Positions 44,208 through 54,385 of a stretch of DNA of 64,000 bases are shown one piece after another (positions within the stretch are counted from its first letter, which is position 1; each line of letters starts with the position of its first letter). The translations under genes and the position numbers were made by a program. Origin of the DNA: Bdellovibrionota bacterium (GTDB taxonomy: Bacteria; Bdellovibrionota_C; UBA2361; JBIKWN01); contig JBIKWN010000001.1 of NCBI GenBank assembly GCA_044356295.1, positions 107,352 to 171,351 on the forward strand, in the 5' to 3' direction. Below the pieces are notes generated by a model. It was not told the DNA's origin. It saw nothing but the letters and a program-made list of their open reading frames with translations, and searched no databases.

Positions 44208-44515
44208 GGGCTGAAGCGATGTACTTGATTCTGTTATGCAGTACGTCGGCGAAGAACATTCTGATTTAACAGTGACCGCTTAAATTCCTTAGAATCGCCA
44301 AATCGCTCTGAAAGGTTTATGGCAACATAGGCAAGCCCAATTAGAGCTGGGATGATATTTAATAAAAGTTGTACTGAAAGTGCTATCATATGCTTCCTTG
44401 CAAAAATGTTCTTCGAGTCTATTTCTATATGTTATTTAAATAGGTTTCAAGTCTTTTTCTATAGTCGAAAGAAAATAAAATTGCATTTTTACTCTAAACC
44501 CACCAAAATTTATCT

Positions 44516-45115
44516 GTGTCCAGCTCATACGATAGAAAAGATAAATACTATAACCTTGCGAAAGAACAAGGATTTCGCTCTCGTGCTGCATTTAAACTTA
44601 AAGAATTAGATAAGAAATATAAATTATTAGAACGTGGATTTAAGGTTGCAGATCTAGGCGCTTGGCCTGGTGGATGGATGCAAGTTGCTGCGCAAACTGT
44701 GGGACCTAAGGGACTTGTTGTTGGAATTGATCTCGCAGAAATTGAAGAATTTCAAGATGATAACGTCTTAACAATTGTTGGCGATGTTCGTGACGAAGAA
44801 GTAATCTTGAAAGCTAAAGAAGCTGCTTCTGGTTACTATGATCTTGTTTTATCTGATATGTCTCCAAAGCTTATCGGCATCAAAGAGGCTGATAGGGCAG
44901 GAGCAGTTGGATGTGCAGAATTAGCATTGTGGGCATGTGAAGAGCTTTTAAAAACTGATGGAACTCTGGTGATAAAAGTTTTTAAAAACAACGAAACGGA
45001 TGAGTTTGTTAAAGTAATGCGAAAAAGTTTTACTAAAATTGTAAGAAGCGAACTTGAAACGACACGCAAAACTTCAGATGAGTACTATTGTTTAGGATTT
45101 GGATTTAAGCGTTAA
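44516..45115 (+). CDS. rlmE: 23S rRNA 2'-O-methyltransferase RlmE/FtsJ
   Basis: AK.QGFRSRAAFKL, DLGAWPGGW, LSDMSP, IKVF, S.E.Y. Confidence 0.95.
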   Translation: MSSSYDRKDKYYNLAKEQGFRSRAAFKLKELDKKYKLLERGFKVADLGAWPGGWMQVAAQTVGPKGLVVGIDLAEIEEFQDDNVLTIVGDVRDEEVILKAKEAASGYYDLVLSDMSPKLIGIKEADRAGAVGCAELALWACEELLKTDGTLVIKVFKNNETDEFVKVMRKSFTKIVRSELETTRKTSDEYYCLGFGFKR

Positions 45116-45120
45116 CAAGG

Positions 45121-45918
45121 ATGATTTCTACAACAACTGCTACAATTGAAAAACTTGGAACAACTATGCTTGATCTCACTGAAGGGTGGGGCAGGTGCTG
45201 GGTATTTTTATATAGATCAATTCGAGCCATTTTCTCGAGACCATTTCGTCTTTTCCTTTTTTTACAGCAGATCCGACAGATTGGTGTTAATTCAACATTA
45301 GTTATTTCCTTGATAGCTATTTTTACAGGTGCAGTTCTTGCAGTTCAAGCTGATTATACCTTAGCAAAATTTGGAGCCACTGCATTTACTGGACCTGCCG
45401 TTGCGCTTAGTTTGATTCGGGAGCTTGGTCCAGTGCTGACGGCTCTTATGATTATAGGAAGAGCTGGCTCAGCTATAACTGCCGAACTTGGTATCATGAG
45501 GATTACTGAACAGATTGATGCACTTCGATCTATGGCTGTCGATCCAATTAAATATTTGATGGCACCTCGAATACTTGCGGGTCTCATTGCGATGCCACTT
45601 CTTACAGCTTGGTTTGTTTTTATAGGTATTGTTGGTGGTTTTATTGTTTCAACTTCACTCCTTGGATCAAGCTCTGGAACTTTTATTTCTCAGATGGAAT
45701 CAGCTGTTGGTGCTGTGGATATATATTCAGGATTTATAAAATCAATCGTGTTTGGTCTCTTATTCGGTTGGATCTGTTGTTATAAAGGGTACTACTCTGG
45801 ATTTGGAGCTGTTGGTGTAAACCGCGCAACAACTCAAGCAGTAGTTGCCTCTTCCGTTGCAGTTCTGGTTGTTGATTATTTTCTAACAAGTATTCTTACC
45901 CGCGTTTTCATGGGTTAA
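45121..45918 (+). CDS. mlaE: MlaE ABC permease
   Basis: RELGPVLTAL...GRAGSAITAELG.M.ITEQIDAL, ATT.AVV. Confidence 0.95.
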   Translation: MISTTTATIEKLGTTMLDLTEGWGRCWVFLYRSIRAIFSRPFRLFLFLQQIRQIGVNSTLVISLIAIFTGAVLAVQADYTLAKFGATAFTGPAVALSLIRELGPVLTALMIIGRAGSAITAELGIMRITEQIDALRSMAVDPIKYLMAPRILAGLIAMPLLTAWFVFIGIVGGFIVSTSLLGSSSGTFISQMESAVGAVDIYSGFIKSIVFGLLFGWICCYKGYYSGFGAVGVNRATTQAVVASSVAVLVVDYFLTSILTRVFMG

Positions 45919-45928
45919 GTGACGGCAT

Positions 45929-46681
45929 ATGATTAGTGTTCGAAACCTATATAAAAGCTTTGGAGCACAGATTGTCTTAGATTGTGTAAGCTTTGATATA
46001 GAGGTTGGAAAAACCACTGCTATTGTAGGACCAAGTGGAGTAGGTAAATCTGTTTTACTTCGGCTCATCATGGGAATGATGAAGCCAGATGCAGGTCAAA
46101 TTTTTATAGATAATAGAGAAATTACCTCAGTAACCGATGAAGGTGAATTAAATGAGATTCGGTCAGACCTCGGCGTACTCTTTCAAAACGCAGCACTTTT
46201 TGATTCTTTAACAGTCTATGAGAATATTGCATTCGCACTGAGACAGCGACCGAAAAAGGTTTCTCAGATGGATATCCATCATCGAGTTGTTGCTATGTTA
46301 AAGGCTTTGAACTTAGCTTCTTCTGCTTTTTCTCTTCCTGGCGAATTATCAATGGGTATGAGAAAAAGGGTAGGAATGGCTCGTGCATTAGTAACAGAGC
46401 CAAAGGTGATTCTTTTTGATGAACCAAATACTGGGCTTGATCCTTGGGATGGGCAACAAGTGTACGATCTTATTGCACACTGTAAATTGGAGTATGGATT
46501 TACAGGGATTGTTATTAGCCATGAAATACCTGAAATATTTCAGATCGCGGATAATGTGCTTATGTTGCTGGATGGAAAAATTGCAGAAGAGGGTAATCCT
46601 GAAGTATTGCAACACTCCGTAAATCCAGCGGTACAACAATTTTTAACAGGAAGTATTGATGGACCAATTAAAATCCAATAA
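45929..46681 (+). CDS. mlaF: MlaF ABC ATPase
   Basis: GPSGVGKS, FQ.AALFDSLTVYEN, LS.GMRKRV, FDEP.TGLDP; context. Confidence 0.92.
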   Translation: MISVRNLYKSFGAQIVLDCVSFDIEVGKTTAIVGPSGVGKSVLLRLIMGMMKPDAGQIFIDNREITSVTDEGELNEIRSDLGVLFQNAALFDSLTVYENIAFALRQRPKKVSQMDIHHRVVAMLKALNLASSAFSLPGELSMGMRKRVGMARALVTEPKVILFDEPNTGLDPWDGQQVYDLIAHCKLEYGFTGIVISHEIPEIFQIADNVLMLLDGKIAEEGNPEVLQHSVNPAVQQFLTGSIDGPIKIQ

Positions 46682-47177
46682 AGAAACAGCTCAAGAAATA
46701 CCGATACCTAAGAGGACTATTACATTAGAGTTCCTTGTTGGGATTTTTACACTTATCACCGTTGCTGCAGCTGGATATCTTGCTGTTGGCTTAGGAGATA
46801 TTCGATTTTTTAATACTGGTGAGAAATTTATAACAGCTGAATTTAACAATGTATCCGGCCTTAAGCCTGGCGCCAGTGTTGAGCTAGCAGGAGTTCCTGT
46901 AGGTTCAGTAGATGCTATTGAATTAAAAGGATACTTTGCTGAAGTAGTTTTACGCATTTCTAAAAATTTTGATTTAAAAGATGAGGATAGTTTAGCAATC
47001 CGAACTAAGGGAATTATCGGCGATAGATATGTAAAGATTATTCCTGGGGGTTCTCAAACTATTATAAAAGATGGTGGCAAAGTCTCTGAAAGTAGCACTC
47101 TCTCTGTGATAGATTTTGAAGAGCTTGTAGAGAAAGTGGTGAGCCACTATTCAGATGATAAGGATTCAAGTAAGTAA
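46656..47177 (+). CDS. mlaD: MlaD MCE-domain protein
   Basis: VGIF TM anchor, F.NVSGL..GASV.LAGV.VG.V, T.GIIGD.YV. Confidence 0.93.
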   Translation: MMDQLKSNKETAQEIPIPKRTITLEFLVGIFTLITVAAAGYLAVGLGDIRFFNTGEKFITAEFNNVSGLKPGASVELAGVPVGSVDAIELKGYFAEVVLRISKNFDLKDEDSLAIRTKGIIGDRYVKIIPGGSQTIIKDGGKVSESSTLSVIDFEELVEKVVSHYSDDKDSSK

Positions 47178-47200
47178 AAAAAGATTCTTAAAAGGTTATT

Positions 47201-47803
47201 ATGAGCATTATACAAAAATTATTAACAGCATTAACCCTTACCTCTGTAATGATCTTTGCGCCATTGGTCACTGCAGAGTTGCCTTCACCTAAACAAACGG
47301 TACAGCAAACGCTTGACGATATAGTTGCTGTTGTAACTAAAAATAAAGGAGATGAAAATAAGCCTGCTCGGAGGAATGGTCTTCGCTCAATTATGAATCC
47401 AAAGTTTGACTTTGCAAAAATGGCACAACTCTCTTTGGGCACAAATTGGAATACAATTGACGAAGATCAGCAAAAAGAATTTGTCGACGTATTTTCCAAC
47501 CTTCTTTCTAAAACGTATATGGCAAAAGTTGAGACAGTAGAGCCAGGTATGATTACGGTTGAAAGCGAGAGAATTGAAGAAGGAAATGTAAAAGCTGTTG
47601 TAAAAACATTAGTGAAATCAAAAGGAGATTACTTTCCAATTGATTACCGACTTGTTTTGCAAGGTGATACGTGGCGCGTGTACGATGTTGTTATTGAAAA
47701 CATTGGACTTGTTGTTAATTACCGAAATGAATTTGCTTCAATTGTTAGAAAAGATAAATTTTCAGGACTCATGGAGCAGCTTCGAAAAAAGAGCGCTGAG
47801 TAA
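47201..47803 (+). CDS. mlaC: MlaC periplasmic lipid-binding protein
   Basis: Signal peptide, FDF..MA..SLG..W, W.VYDV.IE.I.LV.NYR.EF. Confidence 0.92.
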   Translation: MSIIQKLLTALTLTSVMIFAPLVTAELPSPKQTVQQTLDDIVAVVTKNKGDENKPARRNGLRSIMNPKFDFAKMAQLSLGTNWNTIDEDQQKEFVDVFSNLLSKTYMAKVETVEPGMITVESERIEEGNVKAVVKTLVKSKGDYFPIDYRLVLQGDTWRVYDVVIENIGLVVNYRNEFASIVRKDKFSGLMEQLRKKSAE

Positions 47804-47815
47804 GAAACAATAGTA

Positions 47816-48748
47816 ATGAAAAAAAACTCAAAGATTTTTATTGCTGGTCACGGGGGTCTTGTAGGATCTGGAATAGTCCGATTATTGAAGGCGAACGGAT
47901 ATACTAACTTATTACTTAAAACTCGAGAGGAGCTGGATTTATCCAATCAAGCTAAGGTTAATAGTTTCTTTGAACAAGAAAGACCTGAGTTTGTTTTTTT
48001 TGCAGCAGCAAAAGTTGGTGGTATTTTCTATAATCAAACCCATCAGGCAGATTTTCTGTATGATAACTTGATTATAGCTGCAAATGTAATTCATGCTGCT
48101 GCAACTTTTGATACAGAGAAATTACTTTTTCTTGGAAGTTCTTGTGTGTATCCAAAAATGGCGCCACAACCGATTCGTGAAGAGTACCTTTTGACTTCAA
48201 GTCTTGAGCCGACAAATGAAGGGTATGCAATTGCAAAAATTGCTGGTTTAAAACTTTGTGAGAAATATGCCGAGCAGTACGGAAAAAGATTTATATCGGC
48301 TATGCCTACAAATCTCTATGGCCCAAATGATAACTTTCACCCAGACCGATCGCACGTGATACCAGGAATGATGAGGCGATTTCATGCTGCAAAGATTAAT
48401 GGTGATAAAACTATTTCAGTTTGGGGAACCGGAAATCCTAAGAGAGAATTTCTTTTTGTAGACGATCTGGCCGCTGGATTACTTCTGCTTATGGAAAATT
48501 ATGAAGAAAAATCGACTATTAATATCGGTACAGGAACTGATATTACAATTCGAGAGCTTGCAGAAGTAATGGCAGAGGTTGTTGATTTTAAAGGTGAAAT
48601 TATTTTTGATACAACCAAACCTGATGGAACTCCAAGAAAAGTTCTTGATGTGTCAAAAATAAAGTCACTTGGATGGTTACCGAAAGTAGATCTAAAAAAT
48701 GGTCTTGCTGTTGCTTATCAATGGGCAGTTTCAAATCAAAAAATATAA
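47816..48748 (+). CDS. fcl: GDP-L-fucose synthase
   Basis: AGHGGLVGS, AAAKVGGI, LGSSC.YP, YAIAKIAG, MPTNLYGP. Confidence 0.95.
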   Translation: MKKNSKIFIAGHGGLVGSGIVRLLKANGYTNLLLKTREELDLSNQAKVNSFFEQERPEFVFFAAAKVGGIFYNQTHQADFLYDNLIIAANVIHAAATFDTEKLLFLGSSCVYPKMAPQPIREEYLLTSSLEPTNEGYAIAKIAGLKLCEKYAEQYGKRFISAMPTNLYGPNDNFHPDRSHVIPGMMRRFHAAKINGDKTISVWGTGNPKREFLFVDDLAAGLLLLMENYEEKSTINIGTGTDITIRELAEVMAEVVDFKGEIIFDTTKPDGTPRKVLDVSKIKSLGWLPKVDLKNGLAVAYQWAVSNQKI

Positions 48749-48762
48749 ATTTAGCTTAAGAT

Positions 48763-49761
48763 ATGACGAACAAAAAAGCTGGAACTATTCTTGTACTTGG
48801 GGGAGCAGGATACATTGGAAGCCACGCAGTGCTTGCGCTTAAAGAGCGTGGGTATACACCTGTTATTTATGATAATTTTGTTTATGGAAATAGAGATATC
48901 GCTAAAACTCTTGATGTCTCAATAGTTGATGCAAATATTTCAGATAGAACTGCACTTCGTGAAGCTTTTTCAAAATATAAGCCACAAGCAGTTATGCATT
49001 TTGCAGCCTTTGCATATGTTGGTGAATCTGTAACAGAACCTGCAAAGTATTATGATAATAATCTTGCAACGACTCTTATTTTACTAGATGAAATGAGAAG
49101 TGCGGGAATTAATAACTTTATATTTTCTTCTACGTGCGCTACATACGGAGTTCCTCAAAAGTTTCCAATTACAGAAGATCTTCCTCAAAATCCAGTGAAT
49201 CCATATGGAAGAACAAAGCTTATGGTTGAGCAGGTCTTAAGGGACTATGACCATGCCTATGGATTTCGCTCAGTTATTTTTAGATATTTTAATGCAGCTG
49301 GAGCTCATCCTGTAGGAGATATTGGGGAACGTCATAACCCAGAAACACATTTAATTCCTTTAGCTCTTGCTGCAACAGAAAGTAGCGCTCCTCTAAAAGT
49401 TTTTGGCGATGACTATGATACTCCTGACGGTACATGTATACGTGACTATATTCATGTCACTGATATTGCAGATGCTCATGTAAAAGGGCTTGAAATGCTC
49501 ATCAATGAAAATACTTCTGATATTTTTAATATTGGAACTGGTAACGGATATTCAGTCAAAGAAGTTATCTCTACAATTGAAAAGATCTCTGGAAGAAAAG
49601 TACATTACTCAATGAATCCACGACGAGCAGGCGATCCTCCAAAGCTTGTTGCAGGTGCTGATAAAATTAAAAAAATACTTGGATGGAATCCTCAGTATAG
49701 TGATCTAAATACTATTATTGAGTCTGCATGGAACTGGTACTTGAAAGAGCAGAAACGTTGA
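48763..49761 (+). CDS. galE: UDP-glucose 4-epimerase
   Basis: GGAGYIGSH, HFAA...VGES, FSST.A.YG, PYG.TK, RYFN.AGA, DGTCIRDYIHV. Confidence 0.95.
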   Translation: MTNKKAGTILVLGGAGYIGSHAVLALKERGYTPVIYDNFVYGNRDIAKTLDVSIVDANISDRTALREAFSKYKPQAVMHFAAFAYVGESVTEPAKYYDNNLATTLILLDEMRSAGINNFIFSSTCATYGVPQKFPITEDLPQNPVNPYGRTKLMVEQVLRDYDHAYGFRSVIFRYFNAAGAHPVGDIGERHNPETHLIPLALAATESSAPLKVFGDDYDTPDGTCIRDYIHVTDIADAHVKGLEMLINENTSDIFNIGTGNGYSVKEVISTIEKISGRKVHYSMNPRRAGDPPKLVAGADKIKKILGWNPQYSDLNTIIESAWNWYLKEQKR

Positions 49762-49763
49762 CG

Positions 49764-52589
49764 ATGATGAATGAGCCAAATGTATCTTTTGAGTTGATGC
49801 TCACAAGCCCGTTATATGAATTTGGAGCTGGAAAGTCGGGGAAACGAGTCTCAGAAAGAAGACAACAGACAACTTTCGATTTTGAACAATATCTTACAAA
49901 ACAATATAACGAAGCATTCGATGTAGCTAATGAGCTCTCACTAAAGTCTTTTCAAATATATTATCCAAACTTTGGAGCGTTTGAAAAATCTTCTTTATCA
50001 AACGACTTACATCATCTTTCTATTATTTCAGAAGTTGATGATAAACGCCTTTGGGTAAACGCTTTCCCAAAGGTACATCATGCTCATGCAGAATCTTGGT
50101 CACATAACGCCGTAAGTGAAGTTATCGAAACAGATGATTGTGAATCAAAATTGATTGTATGTTGTGATGTTTTACCCTATGTCAAAGACCCTCGTGTTAT
50201 TTTAAGGGTAATACGTTCTCTACTTCTAAAAAACGAAAAAAATATTTGTTTTCTATCAATTGATACAAAACATCGATGCGGATCTCCATATAGAATGTGG
50301 TCTTTTCTAGAGCTTCAAAGAGTCATTCTCTCTTCTGGTTTTCTGATTCAATCATCTCATGAAGGAGAGATAATTTCATTTGTCTTACGTTGTCCCACCG
50401 ATGCCTATCAACGATTTCTCTCTCATGCTGGTTTTGAAACGCAGAATTTTTCTCTTACAAAACGTTTATTACTCACAACTGAACATCCAAGGGCAGGAAA
50501 AAGTGGTGGCATTGGCTCTTATTATCAAGAGATTCAAACTTTGGTTGGTTCAAATATTGCAGAAATTTGTTTTGTATCTCAACATTTAACGCCAACTCCT
50601 TTTGCTTTAAGTAATGAAAAAGTACTTGGTTTTGTTATTAATGATGATTCGTATGACGAATTAAATGATTCTGATATTGCTCTACTACTTGTAGAGCAGG
50701 CCCTCTTTTACTTACCAAATATTGAAGTTATTGAATATCAAGATTACCAGGGTATTGGAGGAAGGATTGTTCAAGCACGAAACGCAGGTCTTTTCCCTGC
50801 TGGAATTTCTCTTGAAGTTGGATGTCATGGAAGTATTTTGTATGTTGAAGCAGCTAATCAAAAGTGGTGCGGACACGAACATAATGAATTAATAACTCTT
50901 GAAAAGATTGCAATCGAAGGCGCAGATAGAGTTCGATTTCCTACAAAATTCTTGCAACGTTTTTACCAGGAGCGTGGCTATCTGATTGATGTCGATAAAA
51001 TTATCTTTGAACGTTATCCGTTTACAGTATCACCGAGAGTACCTGTTGAATTTACAGATGTAGAGAGAATTGTATTTGTAGGTAAACAAAGCCCTATGAA
51101 AGGTTTCCCTGAATTCTTAGAGGTTATCTATGAATTAGTATCAAATAACAAATTAACAGGATTACAAGAAATTGTATGTTTTGGTCCTGTTGTTGATATT
51201 TCACTCCTTGATAATCATCGAAAAGAGTTTTTAAAAACGAAACTTCGTTGGAGAGAAGAGTTCCTTGAAAGAGATATTGTACAGAGAGAATTAAAAAACC
51301 TTTCATCTAATTCAATAGCGTTTATCCCGTATCGAGGCGACAATCATCCTAATGTAATTTTAGAGATACTCAATTCAGGAATGCCACTTTTAGCTTTCTC
51401 AACAGGAGGAATTCCCGAATTAATACCTGAGTCTTCACATGGATTCTCACTTTGTAAACCAACAATACATGATGCAAAAAATGCGCTTATAAATTTGTGG
51501 TTCTTGTCCACAGAAAAACGAAAAGACTTAGCTAATAATTCATATGAACTCTTTAAGACAAACCAGGATGAGATTAACAAAGCTATTACTAAACGATATA
51601 GCGATTGTAGTCCTAAGATAACTAGAGAAATATCTTCATACATCGGAAGTGATTTCACATTTATTATTCCGACCTATAATACAAAAATTTCATATATCTT
51701 AGAGTTAATAGAATCTATAAATATCCAAAGCCAGATACCTAAAGAAGTAATCTGGGTTGATGATGCATCAGATGAATCGTATGCCAATGAGCTTGAAGCA
51801 GTTATTAAACAGAATTTAAAACTTCCCTTTAGAATTATACGACATGCACATAATCTCGGTCTTTCAGGTGCCCGTAATACGGCTCTTAACTCATGTACTT
51901 CTGAGTTTTTAATCAATATAGACAGTGACGATATTATTACTCCTGATTTTTTATCAATCATTTCTAAAACATGTAATCTGAATCCAAAATCTTCTGTGAT
52001 TGTCCCTTATCTTGAAGCTTTTGATGATGGTGACCAGTGGCAGACTTACGATTCAACTCGTTATATTTATCGTCCTCTTGGACAAGGAATTATTTTTGGC
52101 CAACTTGAAAATCGTTTTGGACATGCAAATAGTGCATATCGAGTAAGCGATATCAAAAGTGTAGGTGGATGGAATCAAGATAGTCGGGCAATGTGGGAGG
52201 ATTGGGAGTTATTTGGGAAATTAGCTTGTACTGGTCGAACGATAACGATTATTCCAACTATTGCCGTGCTCTATAGAGTACAGCCGAAAAGTATGGCACG
52301 AACCTATGCACGTTTTCCTGCAATGGAGAGAATTGTATTTGGACAAAATTTATTACCACGATTTGAATCATTTCGACTTCAAGCAATGATGCGAGATTTT
52401 TTAGAACTTTCGGAATATCAAGAGCAATATGCAGAGCTCAAATCTGAATATGATGAAATGTCGAAGCAGTATAATAGACTTGCTCATCGATGCATGAAAA
52501 TGATTATTTCATTTATCGAAAGATTGAATTTGGATTATATATATAAACAAATAAAGAATTCTCTCAAGAAAGCATCATCAGGTAAGTGA
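49764..52589 (+). CDS. Multidomain glycosyltransferase (GT4-like + GT2) with degenerate methyltransferase-like N-terminus
   Basis: GGIGSY, FVG....KG, N.PNV.LE...G.P, GGIPE; IIPTYN, VDDAS, N.GLS.ARN, IDSDD, EDWE; start moved to ATG after the galE stop. Confidence 0.85.
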   Translation: MMNEPNVSFELMLTSPLYEFGAGKSGKRVSERRQQTTFDFEQYLTKQYNEAFDVANELSLKSFQIYYPNFGAFEKSSLSNDLHHLSIISEVDDKRLWVNAFPKVHHAHAESWSHNAVSEVIETDDCESKLIVCCDVLPYVKDPRVILRVIRSLLLKNEKNICFLSIDTKHRCGSPYRMWSFLELQRVILSSGFLIQSSHEGEIISFVLRCPTDAYQRFLSHAGFETQNFSLTKRLLLTTEHPRAGKSGGIGSYYQEIQTLVGSNIAEICFVSQHLTPTPFALSNEKVLGFVINDDSYDELNDSDIALLLVEQALFYLPNIEVIEYQDYQGIGGRIVQARNAGLFPAGISLEVGCHGSILYVEAANQKWCGHEHNELITLEKIAIEGADRVRFPTKFLQRFYQERGYLIDVDKIIFERYPFTVSPRVPVEFTDVERIVFVGKQSPMKGFPEFLEVIYELVSNNKLTGLQEIVCFGPVVDISLLDNHRKEFLKTKLRWREEFLERDIVQRELKNLSSNSIAFIPYRGDNHPNVILEILNSGMPLLAFSTGGIPELIPESSHGFSLCKPTIHDAKNALINLWFLSTEKRKDLANNSYELFKTNQDEINKAITKRYSDCSPKITREISSYIGSDFTFIIPTYNTKISYILELIESINIQSQIPKEVIWVDDASDESYANELEAVIKQNLKLPFRIIRHAHNLGLSGARNTALNSCTSEFLINIDSDDIITPDFLSIISKTCNLNPKSSVIVPYLEAFDDGDQWQTYDSTRYIYRPLGQGIIFGQLENRFGHANSAYRVSDIKSVGGWNQDSRAMWEDWELFGKLACTGRTITIIPTIAVLYRVQPKSMARTYARFPAMERIVFGQNLLPRFESFRLQAMMRDFLELSEYQEQYAELKSEYDEMSKQYNRLAHRCMKMIISFIERLNLDYIYKQIKNSLKKASSGK

Positions 52590-52608
52590 CAATTTGCTTT
52601 TAATGTAT

Positions 52609-53373
52609 CTATACTAATGCGCTTTGATAAGCAGGATCTCGGTATAGCTCAATGATTTCATTAGGTGAACCTACTTTTTGAATGCGTCCTTTTTGTAGTA
52701 GTACTGCATGAGTTGCCATAGCAGAAATAGCTTCCATACTATGAGTAACATAAATGATTGTTTTACCTTTTGTAATGAGATCTTGAAAAACACCGACACA
52801 TTTTTCCTGGAATCGTTCATCTCCAACACCTAGAATTTCATCAACAAGCAGAATATCTGGATCGATATCTACAGCAACACTAAATCCTAAACGCGCAAAC
52901 ATTCCGCTTGAGTAATACTTTACAGGTGTATGAGCAAATTCATGAAGTTCTGCGAAGTCTAAGATTGCATTAATTCTTGGTTCAATTTGTTTCTTAGTTT
53001 TTCTGTGGAGCGATCCATGAAGATAGATATTTTCAATTGCTGTAAGCTCAGGGTCAAATCCAGCTCCTAATTCTATTAATGAAGCTATAGTACCATTGAT
53101 TTTGGCTAAACCTTTAGTCGGCTTGAGAACTCCCGCAATTACTTTCAAAAGGGTACTCTTGCCACAACCGTTACTTCCGACAATTGCATACACTGCGCCG
53201 TGTGGAATTGTGAGAGACACATTAGACAGTGCGTTAAAAATTCCGAATGATGGTTCACTATTAAAAGTCATTCTTTTAATAATCATTTCCTTTAAAGAGC
53301 TTGGGCGCTGGGAATATGAACGGTATGAAACCGTGATATCCTTTAGTTCTATTGCTGTATCAGTATTTGTCAT
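52609..53373 (-). CDS. wzt: Polysaccharide ABC exporter ATPase (Wzt/TagH family)
   Basis: GSNGCGKST, ELGAGF.PELT, YSSGM.ARL.FS, DE.L.VGD..FQ.K. Confidence 0.92.
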   Translation of the reverse strand: MTNTDTAIELKDITVSYRSYSQRPSSLKEMIIKRMTFNSEPSFGIFNALSNVSLTIPHGAVYAIVGSNGCGKSTLLKVIAGVLKPTKGLAKINGTIASLIELGAGFDPELTAIENIYLHGSLHRKTKKQIEPRINAILDFAELHEFAHTPVKYYSSGMFARLGFSVAVDIDPDILLVDEILGVGDERFQEKCVGVFQDLITKGKTIIYVTHSMEAISAMATHAVLLQKGRIQKVGSPNEIIELYRDPAYQSALV

Positions 53374-53381
53374 TGGATGAT

Positions 53382-54164
53382 TTATAGGTGATATAGAAAT
53401 TTATCTTCATTTTTTTGAAAAAAGAAGAGAGCAACTGTCAGTAATAAAAGGGAAGAAAGAAGGTTGATTCCATAAAAAATTAGATTAGGAATCTCGCCAG
53501 TAATAAGTACACTCCTAAAAAATTCAATTTGTAAGAATAAGGGGTTTATTACAAGGTAGTGTACAAGCCATTCAGGAAGTTTATCTCTTGCAAAAAGAAC
53601 AGGCGTAAGAAAATAGAGCGCCTGAAATGCAACTTCGCTTAAATGCATAGTATCTTCAAAAAAAACATTTGCTACTGCGAGTATGAGTGAAACAGCTAGT
53701 GTCACAATAAAAACTGAAAAAAGAATAAAAGGCACCAGCGCAATCGTTAGATGAAGGGGACGACCAAAAAGACACATGACAACAAGTAAAGGAGCAAGGG
53801 CAAAGAGGAGGTTGATAAAATTAGAGCACGCTATAGATACAACGAAGATATATTTGGGTATTGCAACTTGGCTAAAGAGACGAGCATTGGCACGAATTGC
53901 ATGGAGAGACATCATGCAAGTAGAGTTGAAATAGTTCCAAATAATTAATCCTGATAGAAAAAATACAGCATACTCTTTAAAGCTAAGGCCCATAAGCTTA
54001 GAAAGTACTGTACTCATCACTAGCATCATTCCCAAAGGGTGGAGCATGGTCCATACGTATCCAAGGGAAGATCTTTTGTATTTTTTTCGAAGGTCTCTTA
54101 AAACACTCTGCTTGAGGTATTCACGAAATAAAAATAGGTTATGAAAGAAGCTTAAAAGTACCAT
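53382..54164 (-). CDS. wzm: Polysaccharide ABC exporter permease (Wzm family)
   Basis: RD...KY..S.LG..W..L.PL, six TM helices, FLTPV, NP. Confidence 0.92.
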   Translation of the reverse strand: MVLLSFFHNLFLFREYLKQSVLRDLRKKYKRSSLGYVWTMLHPLGMMLVMSTVLSKLMGLSFKEYAVFFLSGLIIWNYFNSTCMMSLHAIRANARLFSQVAIPKYIFVVSIACSNFINLLFALAPLLVVMCLFGRPLHLTIALVPFILFSVFIVTLAVSLILAVANVFFEDTMHLSEVAFQALYFLTPVLFARDKLPEWLVHYLVINPLFLQIEFFRSVLITGEIPNLIFYGINLLSSLLLLTVALFFFQKNEDKFLYHL

Positions 54165-54385
54165 TGGAAGACTTATTGTATCTTTTGCAATTCTAAGGGG
54201 CTAGTCCCTCAACATAAAAATTTTCAATGTAGCAGCTAGTGCTTTTAGCCATAGTAAATGTAGCAATAATCTATCAGATATCGATATATCGACCCATTGG
54301 AGCATAAGGTATTTGGGGTGGTTTTATTTTTCTCTTCTCTACTATGTAATACTAGTAGAAATATGTTTATCTTTGATTATTTATC

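Noticed and set aside
44352..44609. 85-aa ORF overlapping rlmE
   Set aside because: Out-of-frame overlap in AT-rich promoter DNA, no motif
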